Below are positions 16,202-25,032 of a DNA stretch of 36,671 nucleotides, one piece after another; position 1 is the stretch's first letter, and each line of letters opens with the position of its first letter. The stretch is from an uncultured virus (IMG/VR IMGVR_UViG_3300038504_000001) (lineage: Duplodnaviria; Heunggongvirae; Uroviricota; Caudoviricetes). A program made the position numbers and the translations under genes. The stretch lies in the IMG/VR virus record IMGVR_UViG_3300038504_000001, positions 62,001 through 98,671 of that record; one strand, 5' to 3'. The notes below the pieces were generated by a model. It had not been told where the DNA came from. It saw only the letters and a program-made list of their open reading frames with translations, and searched no databases.

Positions 16202-18111
16202 CTCTTAATGCAGAACAACTAGATATTGTTCAAACAGAACCTAAGTTAAAAACTTTATTACGTATATTAGCCGGAGCAGGTTCGGGAAAGAGTACAACAG
16301 CTGCTAATAGAGTTAAATACTTAATGGACTTCTATAAAATACAGCCAAAACATATATTGTTAATGACTTTCTCAAACAGAGCTGCCAGAGATTTAAGAAA
16401 CAAAATAAAAACTGTTACAGGTCTTAAAGGTAAGAAACTACCAACTGTGTCTACTATTCACGGGTTATGTTTGGATATTATAAAGAGATTCTCAGACGAA
16501 GAAAAGATTGTTCTATCTTCTTGGGAAGACTTAATGATATTCAGAGACTCTTTAGAAGCTTATCTCGGAGATTATGATACTCAAAAGAAAATATTAACTC
16601 CAGTAGCTTTAGCAATAACTCAATTATTGTCTGAGCTGTATTCCACTTATGAGTTTAATCGCTTTGAGGACAGTTTAGAAACTATAATGTACGATAACAG
16701 TTCTATGTTTGAAGACTTTAATGACCCTAACATAATTACTTTAACTTACAGAGACTTTTATGAAATAGTTTCTATATCTGACAGATATAAAGTAGGAAAC
16801 AACTTATTGTCATTCGATGATATTGTATATAAAGCTTTTGAACTTATAACAAGTGATGATGAAGTTCTTGCTTGGGTTAGAAAAACCTACATATACACTT
16901 TTATTGATGAAAGTCAAGACAATAATGCTTTAAATCATTTACTTGTGTATAACGTATTTAATACTGGACACACGACCTTAATCGGGGACTTATCTCAAGA
17001 AATATATCAATTCAGGTGGTCTGACTCTAGATACTTAGCTGAAGAAAGTCTTTCAACTGTATACAATGAAGTTACTACTAAATATTTAACATACAACTTT
17101 AGGTCTGCACACCCAATAGTTACTTTAGGAAATATGCTTAGAGGTTATTCTAAATCAGAGGTTATTCAAAAACCTGCTGACTTTACTAAGTCTTTACCTA
17201 AAAGAGTTTTTATTCAGAAAGTTAAAAACCAAGTTGCTGAGGGTAAGAATTCTGCTAAGCATATAAAACAACTATTGAGTGAGGGTGTAGAACCTAAAGA
17301 CATCGCTGTTATAACTAGAACAAACAAATATATAACAACTATATTAGAGCCTGCACTTATTGAGTTAAATATCCCTTATATTATTCAAGGGTCTAAGACT
17401 AGAAAGTTAACTGATAAATCTGAAGTATTATATCTTATACATTGTTTTCAGCTTATGGTTGCTCCACCTAAAGCTCAAGTATTTATTATGAAACAAGTTT
17501 TAGAAAACTTACAAGGTATTGGAAATGCTACAGCTAAAAAACTATATGAATATCTGAATGGAAACATTTGGGGTCTGATTAATCTTAATGACAAGAAGTA
17601 TAATTGTGTTTCTGGTTTAGTTAAATATGTTCAGGAGTGTTCCTTGAATGGTCTTGATGTTATCAAGGTTGGGCATTATATAGATAGCTTCTTAGAATTT
17701 AGTAAGTTTGACTTAAAACCATTATATGTGGCTGAGCTTAAGCAGTTGTTTTCTAACTGGGCAGAAATATATATTGAAGATACTGGAAAGACTTTAGAGC
17801 AGATTATTCCTGAGATACAAACTTCACTAGATTCTGTAGAAGAGGAGACGGCAAATGTTGTAAAACTCTCAACAGTGCATAGTACTAAAGGGTTAGAATA
17901 TGAGCATGTAATTTGCACTGGATTTACTTATAAGTCTAAGAAGTTAGCTAAACCTACGCTAGAAGAGCTTAATATTTTTTATGTACAAGTTAGTAGAGCT
18001 ATAAAAAGTCTATTGATTGTACATTCTGATATCATCACTTATATGGGTCAAGAGATTAAAGGGTACAAAATGAAATGGCTGGTAAAACTCTTACAGGACT
18101 TGGAAAATTAG
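16198..18111 (+). CDS. uvrD: UvrD/PcrA-like SF1A DNA helicase
   Basis: LNAEQ, AGAGSGKS, TFSNRAA, STIH, IDESQD, IGDLSQEIYQFR, NFRS, STVHSTKGLEY, FYVQVSRA. Confidence 0.95.
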   Translation: MTLNAEQLDIVQTEPKLKTLLRILAGAGSGKSTTAANRVKYLMDFYKIQPKHILLMTFSNRAARDLRNKIKTVTGLKGKKLPTVSTIHGLCLDIIKRFSDEEKIVLSSWEDLMIFRDSLEAYLGDYDTQKKILTPVALAITQLLSELYSTYEFNRFEDSLETIMYDNSSMFEDFNDPNIITLTYRDFYEIVSISDRYKVGNNLLSFDDIVYKAFELITSDDEVLAWVRKTYIYTFIDESQDNNALNHLLVYNVFNTGHTTLIGDLSQEIYQFRWSDSRYLAEESLSTVYNEVTTKYLTYNFRSAHPIVTLGNMLRGYSKSEVIQKPADFTKSLPKRVFIQKVKNQVAEGKNSAKHIKQLLSEGVEPKDIAVITRTNKYITTILEPALIELNIPYIIQGSKTRKLTDKSEVLYLIHCFQLMVAPPKAQVFIMKQVLENLQGIGNATAKKLYEYLNGNIWGLINLNDKKYNCVSGLVKYVQECSLNGLDVIKVGHYIDSFLEFSKFDLKPLYVAELKQLFSNWAEIYIEDTGKTLEQIIPEIQTSLDSVEEETANVVKLSTVHSTKGLEYEHVICTGFTYKSKKLAKPTLEELNIFYVQVSRAIKSLLIVHSDIITYMGQEIKGYKMKWLVKLLQDLEN

Positions 18112-18185
18112 TTTAAAAATTTAAGTAGAATTTAAGGTAAAACTTGATTCTATTTAAGAATACATTAAGTTTATTCTGATATAAT
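18112..18185 (+). promoter_or_regulatory. Host sigma70-type (Campylobacterota-style) early promoter
   Basis: TGATATAAT extended -10 (18177-18185) preceded by TTTAAG/ATTAAG at 18120, 18131, 18153 and 18164 (about 11-bp phasing); no TTGACA. Confidence 0.75.
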
Positions 18186-18218
18186 TATGATAAGAAAAGA
18201 GATTATAAGGAAAACAAG

Positions 18219-18527
18219 ATGGAAACAAATCAAAGAATCATAAGAGTAATTGGAGATACATTATCTGATAGTATGAGCCAAGTGGAGCAGTTTGTTAACT
18301 GGGATTTAGCTTTAATAGCTGAAGTAGGTGGGGACGATTACTTTAAAGCTTGTGAAGCTATTGTTGAACCTAGGTTTACTGACGATGAAGCTTCAAATGA
18401 GTTTAGCTTCTGTCTTGAAAGCAATATGGATTTGTGGGAACAATATGTAAGAAACAGTGCTGATGGTCTTGTTCATAAAGATAAATGGATTGAACTTATT
18501 AAAGTATTCAAAAACTACGGATATTAG
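18219..18527 (+). CDS. Acidic hypothetical protein (probable early gene)
   Basis: AAGGA RBS; first gene after the host-type promoter. Confidence 0.75.
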   Translation: METNQRIIRVIGDTLSDSMSQVEQFVNWDLALIAEVGGDDYFKACEAIVEPRFTDDEASNEFSFCLESNMDLWEQYVRNSADGLVHKDKWIELIKVFKNYGY

Positions 18528-18536
18528 GAGAAAACT

Positions 18537-18869
18537 ATGCAAAGATTACTTGGAACATTTAAGGGTATGTTGACTGAAGAAAGCTTACGCAGAGCTGGGT
18601 TTGAGATTGATACAAAATATTATGATAAAGGCTTTACTAACAAAGATTCTGAAATTGTGGAATTCGAAGATATAAACAGAAATATTGAACTTACAATATC
18701 TGACGACCCACACTTTGATTATATGGATTCTAAAGGATTGTATTATCAGGCACATTGGTTTGAAAAAATAGAAGAGCCTATATCTGGTTCTACTTACACT
18801 TTTGCTGTAATTGCTTTTATTTCGTTTATATTTTTTATAACATTATACTTTAACATTGAGGGAAAATAA
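18537..18869 (+). CDS. Hypothetical protein with C-terminal TM helix
   Basis: AGGAG RBS; FAVIAFISFIFFITLYF. Confidence 0.75.
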   Translation: MQRLLGTFKGMLTEESLRRAGFEIDTKYYDKGFTNKDSEIVEFEDINRNIELTISDDPHFDYMDSKGLYYQAHWFEKIEEPISGSTYTFAVIAFISFIFFITLYFNIEGK

Positions 18870-18870
18870 G

Positions 18871-19743
18871 ATGGTAACTTCACATAACTATGAATTAGAT
18901 AATTTATCTATAACTGACTGTAAAACATTAGACGCACTATTCTTATTGAAAGATAAGCTAAAAGAGCTAGAACCTTCAAAACCTATGTATATAGTTCCTG
19001 TTACTTATACTAAAGGTTGGACAATAGACTATGTAGAAACACCTATTGACTCTTATGAAAACATATGGGTTAGTGGTTCTTTGCTTAAAGCTGGAAACAC
19101 AGAAGAGCTAATGGTTTTCAATTATAAAGCTACAAAAGACTTTACAGAGTATGCTTTAGTTTGCAACGGAATTATGTACACATTTAGCGATGAAAACAAA
19201 TCTTACTTTGCTAATACATTTATGAAAGGTGCAAACACATCAATAATAACTTATAGTGTAAATGACGACGTTAAGACCAAAGAAGAAATGGAAACTTTTA
19301 GAGCTAGACAAGAAAAGGATATTCATAAAACAAAAGACAATATAAAAGCTATGAGTAAAGTTTTCAACAAAGCTAATATTGAGTTTGCTGAGAAAAAGAT
19401 ACCTTTACATATTAAATATGAGGTGGACGAAGAGGGTACTTATATGTCTCCTGTGATTAGATATAAGGATATAATATCTGATAGCTTGGTTTGTGTGATA
19501 GATAATGAGCTTAGTTGGGCTGAAGTGTATGCTAAAAGAAGAATATTCTATTCTTTAATGACTAGGGATAGACTTGGGATTGTTCGTCTAAGCATTGAAA
19601 CAAGAAGACCTAACAACAAAGATATTGACATTTACATAGGGGAGTGTAACTTGCTTTCTTCTAACTTAACTGAGTTAGCCACTGTTATCGAAATACTTAA
19701 AACATTATGTGAATCTTACTCTTTAGACTTTAGTCTTTTTTAG
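18871..19743 (+). CDS. Hypothetical protein
   Basis: ATG 18871 after GAGGG; ends in SLDFSLF. Confidence 0.75.
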   Translation: MVTSHNYELDNLSITDCKTLDALFLLKDKLKELEPSKPMYIVPVTYTKGWTIDYVETPIDSYENIWVSGSLLKAGNTEELMVFNYKATKDFTEYALVCNGIMYTFSDENKSYFANTFMKGANTSIITYSVNDDVKTKEEMETFRARQEKDIHKTKDNIKAMSKVFNKANIEFAEKKIPLHIKYEVDEEGTYMSPVIRYKDIISDSLVCVIDNELSWAEVYAKRRIFYSLMTRDRLGIVRLSIETRRPNNKDIDIYIGECNLLSSNLTELATVIEILKTLCESYSLDFSLF

Positions 19744-19764
19744 TCTTTAAGTTAGGTTCTTAGT

Positions 19765-19783
19765 TAATATATTACTTTATAAT
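19765..19783 (+). promoter_or_regulatory. Putative phage (late-type) promoter TAATAT-N7-TATAAT
   Basis: Heads the MQNIA array; similar TAATTT-N8-TATAAT at 32110-32129 precedes the other MQNIA gene. Confidence 0.45.
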
Positions 19784-19794
19784 AAGGAAAACAA

Positions 19795-20058
19795 ATGCCA
19801 CAAAATTTAGCAAAAAGTATTACCAACTCTGAGAAAAAGTTAGGTAAAGGAACTAAAGGGGACGTTGTAGTTATTCACACAACTAAAGCTTATGATGGGC
19901 AAGTTGCTTTGGTAGCTAAAAAAGATATCCAATCTTACTTTAGTGAAGATAATGGGTTTGAGGAACATGATGCTGGGACTGTATCTTCACTTACATCTGG
20001 TAAAACATATAGCATTGGTGCTATGAAAAACGATGAAATAATCGTTGTAATGCTTTAG
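19795..20058 (+). CDS. MPQNLA-tagged small protein 1
   Basis: Starts MPQNLAKSITNS; AAGGA RBS. Confidence 0.8.
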   Translation: MPQNLAKSITNSEKKLGKGTKGDVVVIHTTKAYDGQVALVAKKDIQSYFSEDNGFEEHDAGTVSSLTSGKTYSIGAMKNDEIIVVML

Positions 20059-20067
20059 GAGTAAACA

Positions 20068-20331
20068 ATGCCACAAAATTTAGCAAACACAACTAATTCA
20101 GTTCAACATATCTCTGTTGAAAAACATGAAGACCAGGAACCAAGACTAAAAATATCTATTGGTTCTTTAACTGTTGGTATAGGGTTCGAAAACGGGTCTC
20201 CTAGAGGACCTGCAAAAGGAAACATTGTTGTGAACTCTAACTTAGACGATGATTTAATAGAAGTTTCTAAATCTCAGTTAATTTCTAATCTTGAAAAGTT
20301 CATATCTGAAATTAAAAAAATGGAGCAATAG
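20068..20331 (+). CDS. MPQNLA-tagged small protein 2
   Basis: Starts MPQNLANTTNS; AGGAG RBS. Confidence 0.8.
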   Translation: MPQNLANTTNSVQHISVEKHEDQEPRLKISIGSLTVGIGFENGSPRGPAKGNIVVNSNLDDDLIEVSKSQLISNLEKFISEIKKMEQ

Positions 20332-20332
20332 T

Positions 20333-20812
20333 ATGCCACAAAATATAGCAGAACCTAAAAAAAGAACTCTAAGACAGAGTACTTACCAAGCTTGGAAAAA
20401 AGCTGTAAAAGAAATAGACCCTAAAGCTTCTTTCACTGGAGACAAAGATATTGATTCTGTATTCAAAAAAGAGGAATACGACGGAGAGTGGGACGGAGAA
20501 AAAGGTTACATTACTTTTAGTGAGGGATATAAATCTGAAAACTCAATAGAAGACTTGTGGGCTTTTATTCCTCCACAAGCTGGTATGTCTTGGGGTACAC
20601 TATTAAAGCTGGAATCTACTCGTTCTTGCCAGATATCAGTAAAAGAGAATGGAGTTGCAAATAACCCTTGTAGTAAATGCACATACAGTGTAAGGACTCC
20701 AAAAACTGAAGAGCTATTTAAAAAGCACTTTAACCCTAAATTAAAAATAACAGACGAAGATATTGATTATAGCTATTCACATAAAAAACCTATAGATAAA
20801 ATAAAAGGATAA
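20333..20812 (+). CDS. MPQNIA-tagged protein 3
   Basis: True start is ATG 20333 (MPQNIAEP) after GGAG, not 20291. Confidence 0.8.
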   Translation: MPQNIAEPKKRTLRQSTYQAWKKAVKEIDPKASFTGDKDIDSVFKKEEYDGEWDGEKGYITFSEGYKSENSIEDLWAFIPPQAGMSWGTLLKLESTRSCQISVKENGVANNPCSKCTYSVRTPKTEELFKKHFNPKLKITDEDIDYSYSHKKPIDKIKG

Positions 20813-20815
20813 TAA

Positions 20816-21319
20816 ATGCAAAACATAGCTTTAAACACAGCAGGAGCGGATATTGCTTCTGAGAACAAAGATAAGATTGTAGCTCTTTTAAACAAAGCTG
20901 TTGCATCAGGTTGGAAAGCTAGTTTTCAATATATACTAGCTTCTGCTTTAGTTAGGGGCAATGAGGGTTCTGAGATATCTGAAGCTTTAGCAAATCATTC
21001 ATTAGATGATTTTAAAGACGTTACTTCTATGGTTAATAGAATAATTGAACTAGAGGGTAAACTTATTCTTAACTTTGATGATATATCTAAAATTGCACCT
21101 GACTTTCAATCTCCAACTAATGAATCAAGTGTTGAGATTGTTAAGCAAACTTTAGCTACTCAAAAATCAGCTATTGAATTGTATAAACAAATAGTAGACT
21201 TAGCTAAAGAGTCTGGAGATAATGTTACTGAACTTTTTATGACAAACATTTTATCTGGAGAGGTTACTAATGAAAGAGAAATGCAAAACTTACTAGAAGA
21301 TTTGGAGACTTCAAAATGA
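20816..21319 (+). CDS. Ferritin-like (DPSL/bacterioferritin) protein with degenerate ferroxidase site; MQNIA-tagged
   Basis: LLNKA..W.A..QY, RIIELEG, AIELY, GDNVT..IL..E four-helix-bundle pattern. Confidence 0.8.
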   Translation: MQNIALNTAGADIASENKDKIVALLNKAVASGWKASFQYILASALVRGNEGSEISEALANHSLDDFKDVTSMVNRIIELEGKLILNFDDISKIAPDFQSPTNESSVEIVKQTLATQKSAIELYKQIVDLAKESGDNVTELFMTNILSGEVTNEREMQNLLEDLETSK

Positions 21320-21657
21320 TTAATATAGCTAACAATTATACACACAAAGTTATTAAAGCTTCAAATCATTTGATGCCTCTTATAAAAATATTAGCTAAGA
21401 AGGCTAATTTAACTTCTGATAACAAAGATTTTTTCACTTCAACTATTGTTTATAAATGGGCTCAACTTGGGGGTTCTCCTGTTAAAACAATATTAGAAAA
21501 TCACAAAAAATATGGTACAGATATGGAAGAGGAAGACATAGTTAGCTTTGAAAGATTAGCATCTAAATCTTTTGGAGAGTTACCTAAAGCTATGTTTAGT
21601 GGTCTGACTCCTAATGAAATAGATGACATAACAATCTACACTAATAGTAAACTGTAA
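21316..21657 (+). CDS. MINIA-tagged small protein 5
   Basis: Starts MINIANN; ATGA overlap; GGAG RBS. Confidence 0.75.
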   Translation: MINIANNYTHKVIKASNHLMPLIKILAKKANLTSDNKDFFTSTIVYKWAQLGGSPVKTILENHKKYGTDMEEEDIVSFERLASKSFGELPKAMFSGLTPNEIDDITIYTNSKL

Positions 21658-21666
21658 GGAAACAAT

Positions 21667-22104
21667 ATGCAAAATATTGCTAATACGAAAGAAATAGACA
21701 AGAAGCATCCGGGTTCTTGGTGCATCCCTCTGTATCAAGGAAAAGCTCTAGCTTTAAAAAGAGTCGACGGTATGTGGGACTTTCCTGGGGGAACAATCGA
21801 CCACGGAGAGTCTTCATTACAGGGTGCTGTAAGAGAGTTGAAAGAAGAAGCTAATATCACTGTTCCTATAGACTCTCTAAAGCCAATAGGGGTTCACATC
21901 ATTGATGGAAGATACTTAAACGTATTTGTAGCTTTAATTGATGAAGATGAATTTAACAATCTTAAACTTCAAGAAGAAGAGCATACTGAATATAAGTGGA
22001 TATCTTCAACTAGCGAGATACCTGGAAAACTAAACCCTCCAACAGAGGAATTTAAAAAGCAAGGTTGGTTAGCTAATCTTGACTTCATATTAAGCAGACT
22101 TTAG
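21667..22104 (+). CDS. Nudix hydrolase; MQNIA-tagged
   Basis: WDFPGGTIDHGESSLQGAVRELKEEAN Nudix box; EHTEYKW. Confidence 0.92.
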   Translation: MQNIANTKEIDKKHPGSWCIPLYQGKALALKRVDGMWDFPGGTIDHGESSLQGAVRELKEEANITVPIDSLKPIGVHIIDGRYLNVFVALIDEDEFNNLKLQEEEHTEYKWISSTSEIPGKLNPPTEEFKKQGWLANLDFILSRL

Positions 22105-22113
22105 GAGTAAACA

Positions 22114-22482
22114 ATGCCACAAAATATAGCTAAACCTTACGGGGACAAACAATTTATGGAAGACTTACAGGAAGTATTGAATGACATACCTACTGAAGTT
22201 ATTTCTGACGCAGATGATTTATTCTCTGCTGTAGTTACTGGAATGCAAGTTAATTATCCAGAAGCATTTAGACACTTCTCAAAAAGAAGTAAACAATTAA
22301 CTGCTGTAATGTTATCTGCGTTTGCAGATTATATTAAAAAGCATCACAGAAATTTCCACAACAATGGGGATTATATGGAATACTTTAAGGGTAAGCTTTC
22401 TGAATGGGGTGTATCTTCTCCTGCAGAATTACCTGACAGTCAAAAGTCTAAATTCTTCTCTGAAGTAAAAACAGGTAAGTAA
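22114..22482 (+). CDS. MPQNIA-tagged protein 7
   Basis: Starts MPQNIAKP; C-terminal YMEYFKGKLSEWGVSSPAELPDSQKSKFF mini-domain. Confidence 0.8.
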   Translation: MPQNIAKPYGDKQFMEDLQEVLNDIPTEVISDADDLFSAVVTGMQVNYPEAFRHFSKRSKQLTAVMLSAFADYIKKHHRNFHNNGDYMEYFKGKLSEWGVSSPAELPDSQKSKFFSEVKTGK

Positions 22483-22509
22483 ACATTCTATATAATATGT
22501 GAGCTTAAA

Positions 22510-22593
22510 ATGATTTGGACTATTCTAAAACCTAAAGCATACGGGTGTTGCCCTAAATGTGGAAATTCTTACAGCGAGTGTGAGTGTAATTAA
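22510..22593 (+). CDS. Cys-rich micropeptide (27 aa, not in ORF track)
   Basis: MIWTILKPKAYGCCPKCGNSYSECECN; TATAAT at 22491-22496; weak RBS. Confidence 0.5.
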   Translation: MIWTILKPKAYGCCPKCGNSYSECECN

Positions 22594-22614
22594 TTTTACA
22601 TTCATATCTCTATT

Positions 22615-22806
22615 ATGAAAACCTTTAACAATCTTCTTATATTTATAATATTAGCTTTAATTCTTATGCTAATAGTTTCTATAACATACAAAATATTATA
22701 CAACTTAACCGTTGACCCTTCCAATGATATTACCTTAGCTATACTTTTATTTTACTTTGCTGTATTCTTTTTCATACCTGAACATATTGATTCTAAGGAT
22801 TACTAG
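22615..22806 (+). CDS. Small two-TM membrane protein
   Basis: Two hydrophobic stretches in 63 aa; no clear RBS. Confidence 0.55.
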   Translation: MKTFNNLLIFIILALILMLIVSITYKILYNLTVDPSNDITLAILLFYFAVFFFIPEHIDSKDY

Positions 22807-22842
22807 CTTAGTATTCATACTTACATAATAAAAGGAGATAAA

Positions 22843-23370
22843 TTGAAACTATCTGAAATTCCTATTAAAGGATACTTGCTTAACAATTTGACTAACTGGA
22901 ACGCTTTGACTAGTCTTGGTTTCCATTCTAAAATAGAATTGCCTGAAACTGACAAGGGTTTTATGGCTGTAGAGGCTGGTAATCTGTGGCTTGTAGATTC
23001 TATTCCTGCAAACAGTCGTTTAAATGGAAAAGAACTAAACATTATTGATGTTATTCGTACTATAAATGAATACCCTAACTTATCTAAGGCTTATTGTAAA
23101 GCTACATTAGGTGTGGTTTGTTTCTTACTGTCTAAAGGATATAAGATGGAGTCTGGGTTTACTGAGGACACTAAGTATCTGTACTTTAATAATGAGGGTG
23201 GAGTTTTTGGTGCTGAAGCTTGTAGCCCTTCTATTAAGGACAAATCAAGAATCAAACTTATTGAGGGTCATTTCGTAAACTGTTGCAAACCTGTTATAGA
23301 TTTTGCTGAAGCTGTAAAGATGATTGGTACACACGATGTTACTGAGTCTTTACTGGGTATTCATTCTTAA
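22843..23370 (+). CDS. Hypothetical protein
   Basis: TTG start after AAGGAG; preceded by a TAGTAT promoter-like motif. Confidence 0.75.
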   Translation: MKLSEIPIKGYLLNNLTNWNALTSLGFHSKIELPETDKGFMAVEAGNLWLVDSIPANSRLNGKELNIIDVIRTINEYPNLSKAYCKATLGVVCFLLSKGYKMESGFTEDTKYLYFNNEGGVFGAEACSPSIKDKSRIKLIEGHFVNCCKPVIDFAEAVKMIGTHDVTESLLGIHS

Positions 23371-23379
23371 GGAGATTAA

Positions 23380-24219
23380 ATGAACACAACAATTATTGAA
23401 CAATCTGACATTCCTGCACATTTAATGGAATTAAACAATTCTGTTGAGAAGCTAGGTATTTCGGGAGTTTACTATGGTAAAGTATCTTTACTTGCTATAA
23501 ATATGTTTAGAGCTTTTTTCATTCACGACAGCATAACTATTGATAATAAAGACGTGATTGAGACTATCACTTTAGATGAAATGACTGTCTTGCTAGTTAT
23601 TCATAACAATTCTTTTTACATTGTTAGTCGTTCTGAGAGTGGTGGTCAGCTTCTTTTCGGTAAGATACACGAATCTGATATATCTGACTTACATTTGATT
23701 GTTGAGAATGGTACTTCAAAAATGCATCACAAGATTATTGAGTTAAACAATACTGTTTTTTCAAAACTAAAAACAAATATTGAGGGAATTAAATCTGACT
23801 TTCCATTTATTACTGATATTGTTTCTTCAGATAAAGGAATTACAGTTCATTCTTCTATTGCTCTTGATTATGATAAAAGCAGGTCTTTATCTTTACCTAT
23901 TTTTATTCAACAATCTAAAGACTTATCTTCAATGTGTACTATTATAATTGAGGTTCTGGTATCTAACTTTGAAGAAGAAAATGACATTGAATTAGCTTCT
24001 CTATATGGGGTTCTTCAAGATTTATATCTTGCAGCTGGAACTATTGAACAGTTATATGCTTATCTTGTAACTGAACAGTTGCTTGAGTATGATATTAAAA
24101 GCCCTGAAGAGTTGTCAAAGTTAAATGAAGTTTCTTATGATGGAATTGTTGTTGAGGCTGTTACTTCAAGTTCTGAAGAGCCTGAGATTAGTCTAATTGA
24201 AGACAAAGGAGAAAATTAA
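23380..24219 (+). CDS. Hypothetical acidic protein
   Basis: 279-aa ORF with AAGGAG RBS. Confidence 0.75.
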   Translation: MNTTIIEQSDIPAHLMELNNSVEKLGISGVYYGKVSLLAINMFRAFFIHDSITIDNKDVIETITLDEMTVLLVIHNNSFYIVSRSESGGQLLFGKIHESDISDLHLIVENGTSKMHHKIIELNNTVFSKLKTNIEGIKSDFPFITDIVSSDKGITVHSSIALDYDKSRSLSLPIFIQQSKDLSSMCTIIIEVLVSNFEEENDIELASLYGVLQDLYLAAGTIEQLYAYLVTEQLLEYDIKSPEELSKLNEVSYDGIVVEAVTSSSEEPEISLIEDKGEN

Positions 24220-24220
24220 T

Positions 24221-24844
24221 ATGAACACTGTTATTTCACAATACACTTTTGATGATTACATTAAAGACGCGGTAAGAACTGAATCTACTCTATTGCCTTT
24301 AACTAAAGAGGTTGAGCAAAGAGGGCTTTCTAACAGATTGTTTCACGCTATTCTTGGTCTTGAGACTGAGATTAAAGAAATGTATGACGTATTTGAGTCT
24401 GGTAACACAGACTTAGATATTGTGAATCTTATGGAAGAGTGCGGAGACGCTTACTGGTATTTAGCTATTGCTTTTGATGAACTTAAAATTGAAGAAACAA
24501 CTCTTTTGCTAGATAATCTTTCTCACTGTGCAAATGGGTTCAACCTTGCTAGAAATGAATTAAGTAGCCTTAGAATTACTTGCGGAGAAGTTCTTGACCA
24601 TTGCAAAAAAGTTATGTTCTATGGAAAACAGCTAGATACTGAGATGGTTTCAGGACATATTCACAGAGCTTATTGCCTTGTTGGCTATATGGTTGCTCAT
24701 TGTAACTACAGAGTACCTTATGTACTCAACACAAATATTGCTAAACTTAAAGCTAGATATCCTGAAAAGTTTACAGCTACTAATGCTGAAGTAAGGGACT
24801 TAGACGCTGAAAGAGCTATTCTTGAAAAGGGGCTTTCAAAATGA
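24221..24844 (+). CDS. MazG-like nucleotide pyrophosphohydrolase
   Basis: HAILGLETEIKEMYD, EECGDAYWYLA, NIAKLKARYPEKF; ATG 24221 after AAGGAG. Confidence 0.85.
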   Translation: MNTVISQYTFDDYIKDAVRTESTLLPLTKEVEQRGLSNRLFHAILGLETEIKEMYDVFESGNTDLDIVNLMEECGDAYWYLAIAFDELKIEETTLLLDNLSHCANGFNLARNELSSLRITCGEVLDHCKKVMFYGKQLDTEMVSGHIHRAYCLVGYMVAHCNYRVPYVLNTNIAKLKARYPEKFTATNAEVRDLDAERAILEKGLSK

Positions 24845-25032
24845 AAAAGTCTCCTTATGCTTTAGCTGGGTTAGTTCTGGCTGAAGAAAAAGCTAAACAA
24901 GAAGAAAACAAAGCTATTGAATTGGATAAGCATACTTTGAAAAGGTTAACTAAACTTAACAAAAGATGGAGAAATGCTAAATCTGGAAAAATAAAACAAA
25001 TTATGGAGAACATTACAAATGACAGCATCTGA
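24841..25032 (+). CDS. Small basic hypothetical protein
   Basis: ATGA overlap; K/R-rich. Confidence 0.6.
   Translation: MKKSPYALAGLVLAEEKAKQEENKAIELDKHTLKRLTKLNKRWRNAKSGKIKQIMENITNDSI

Larger units (their letters stand above)
20053..22125 (+). repeat. 27-nt direct repeat at 20053-20079 and 22099-22125
   Basis: CTTTAGGAGTAAACAATGCCACAAAAT in both places, covering stop, RBS and start codons. Confidence 0.9.
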
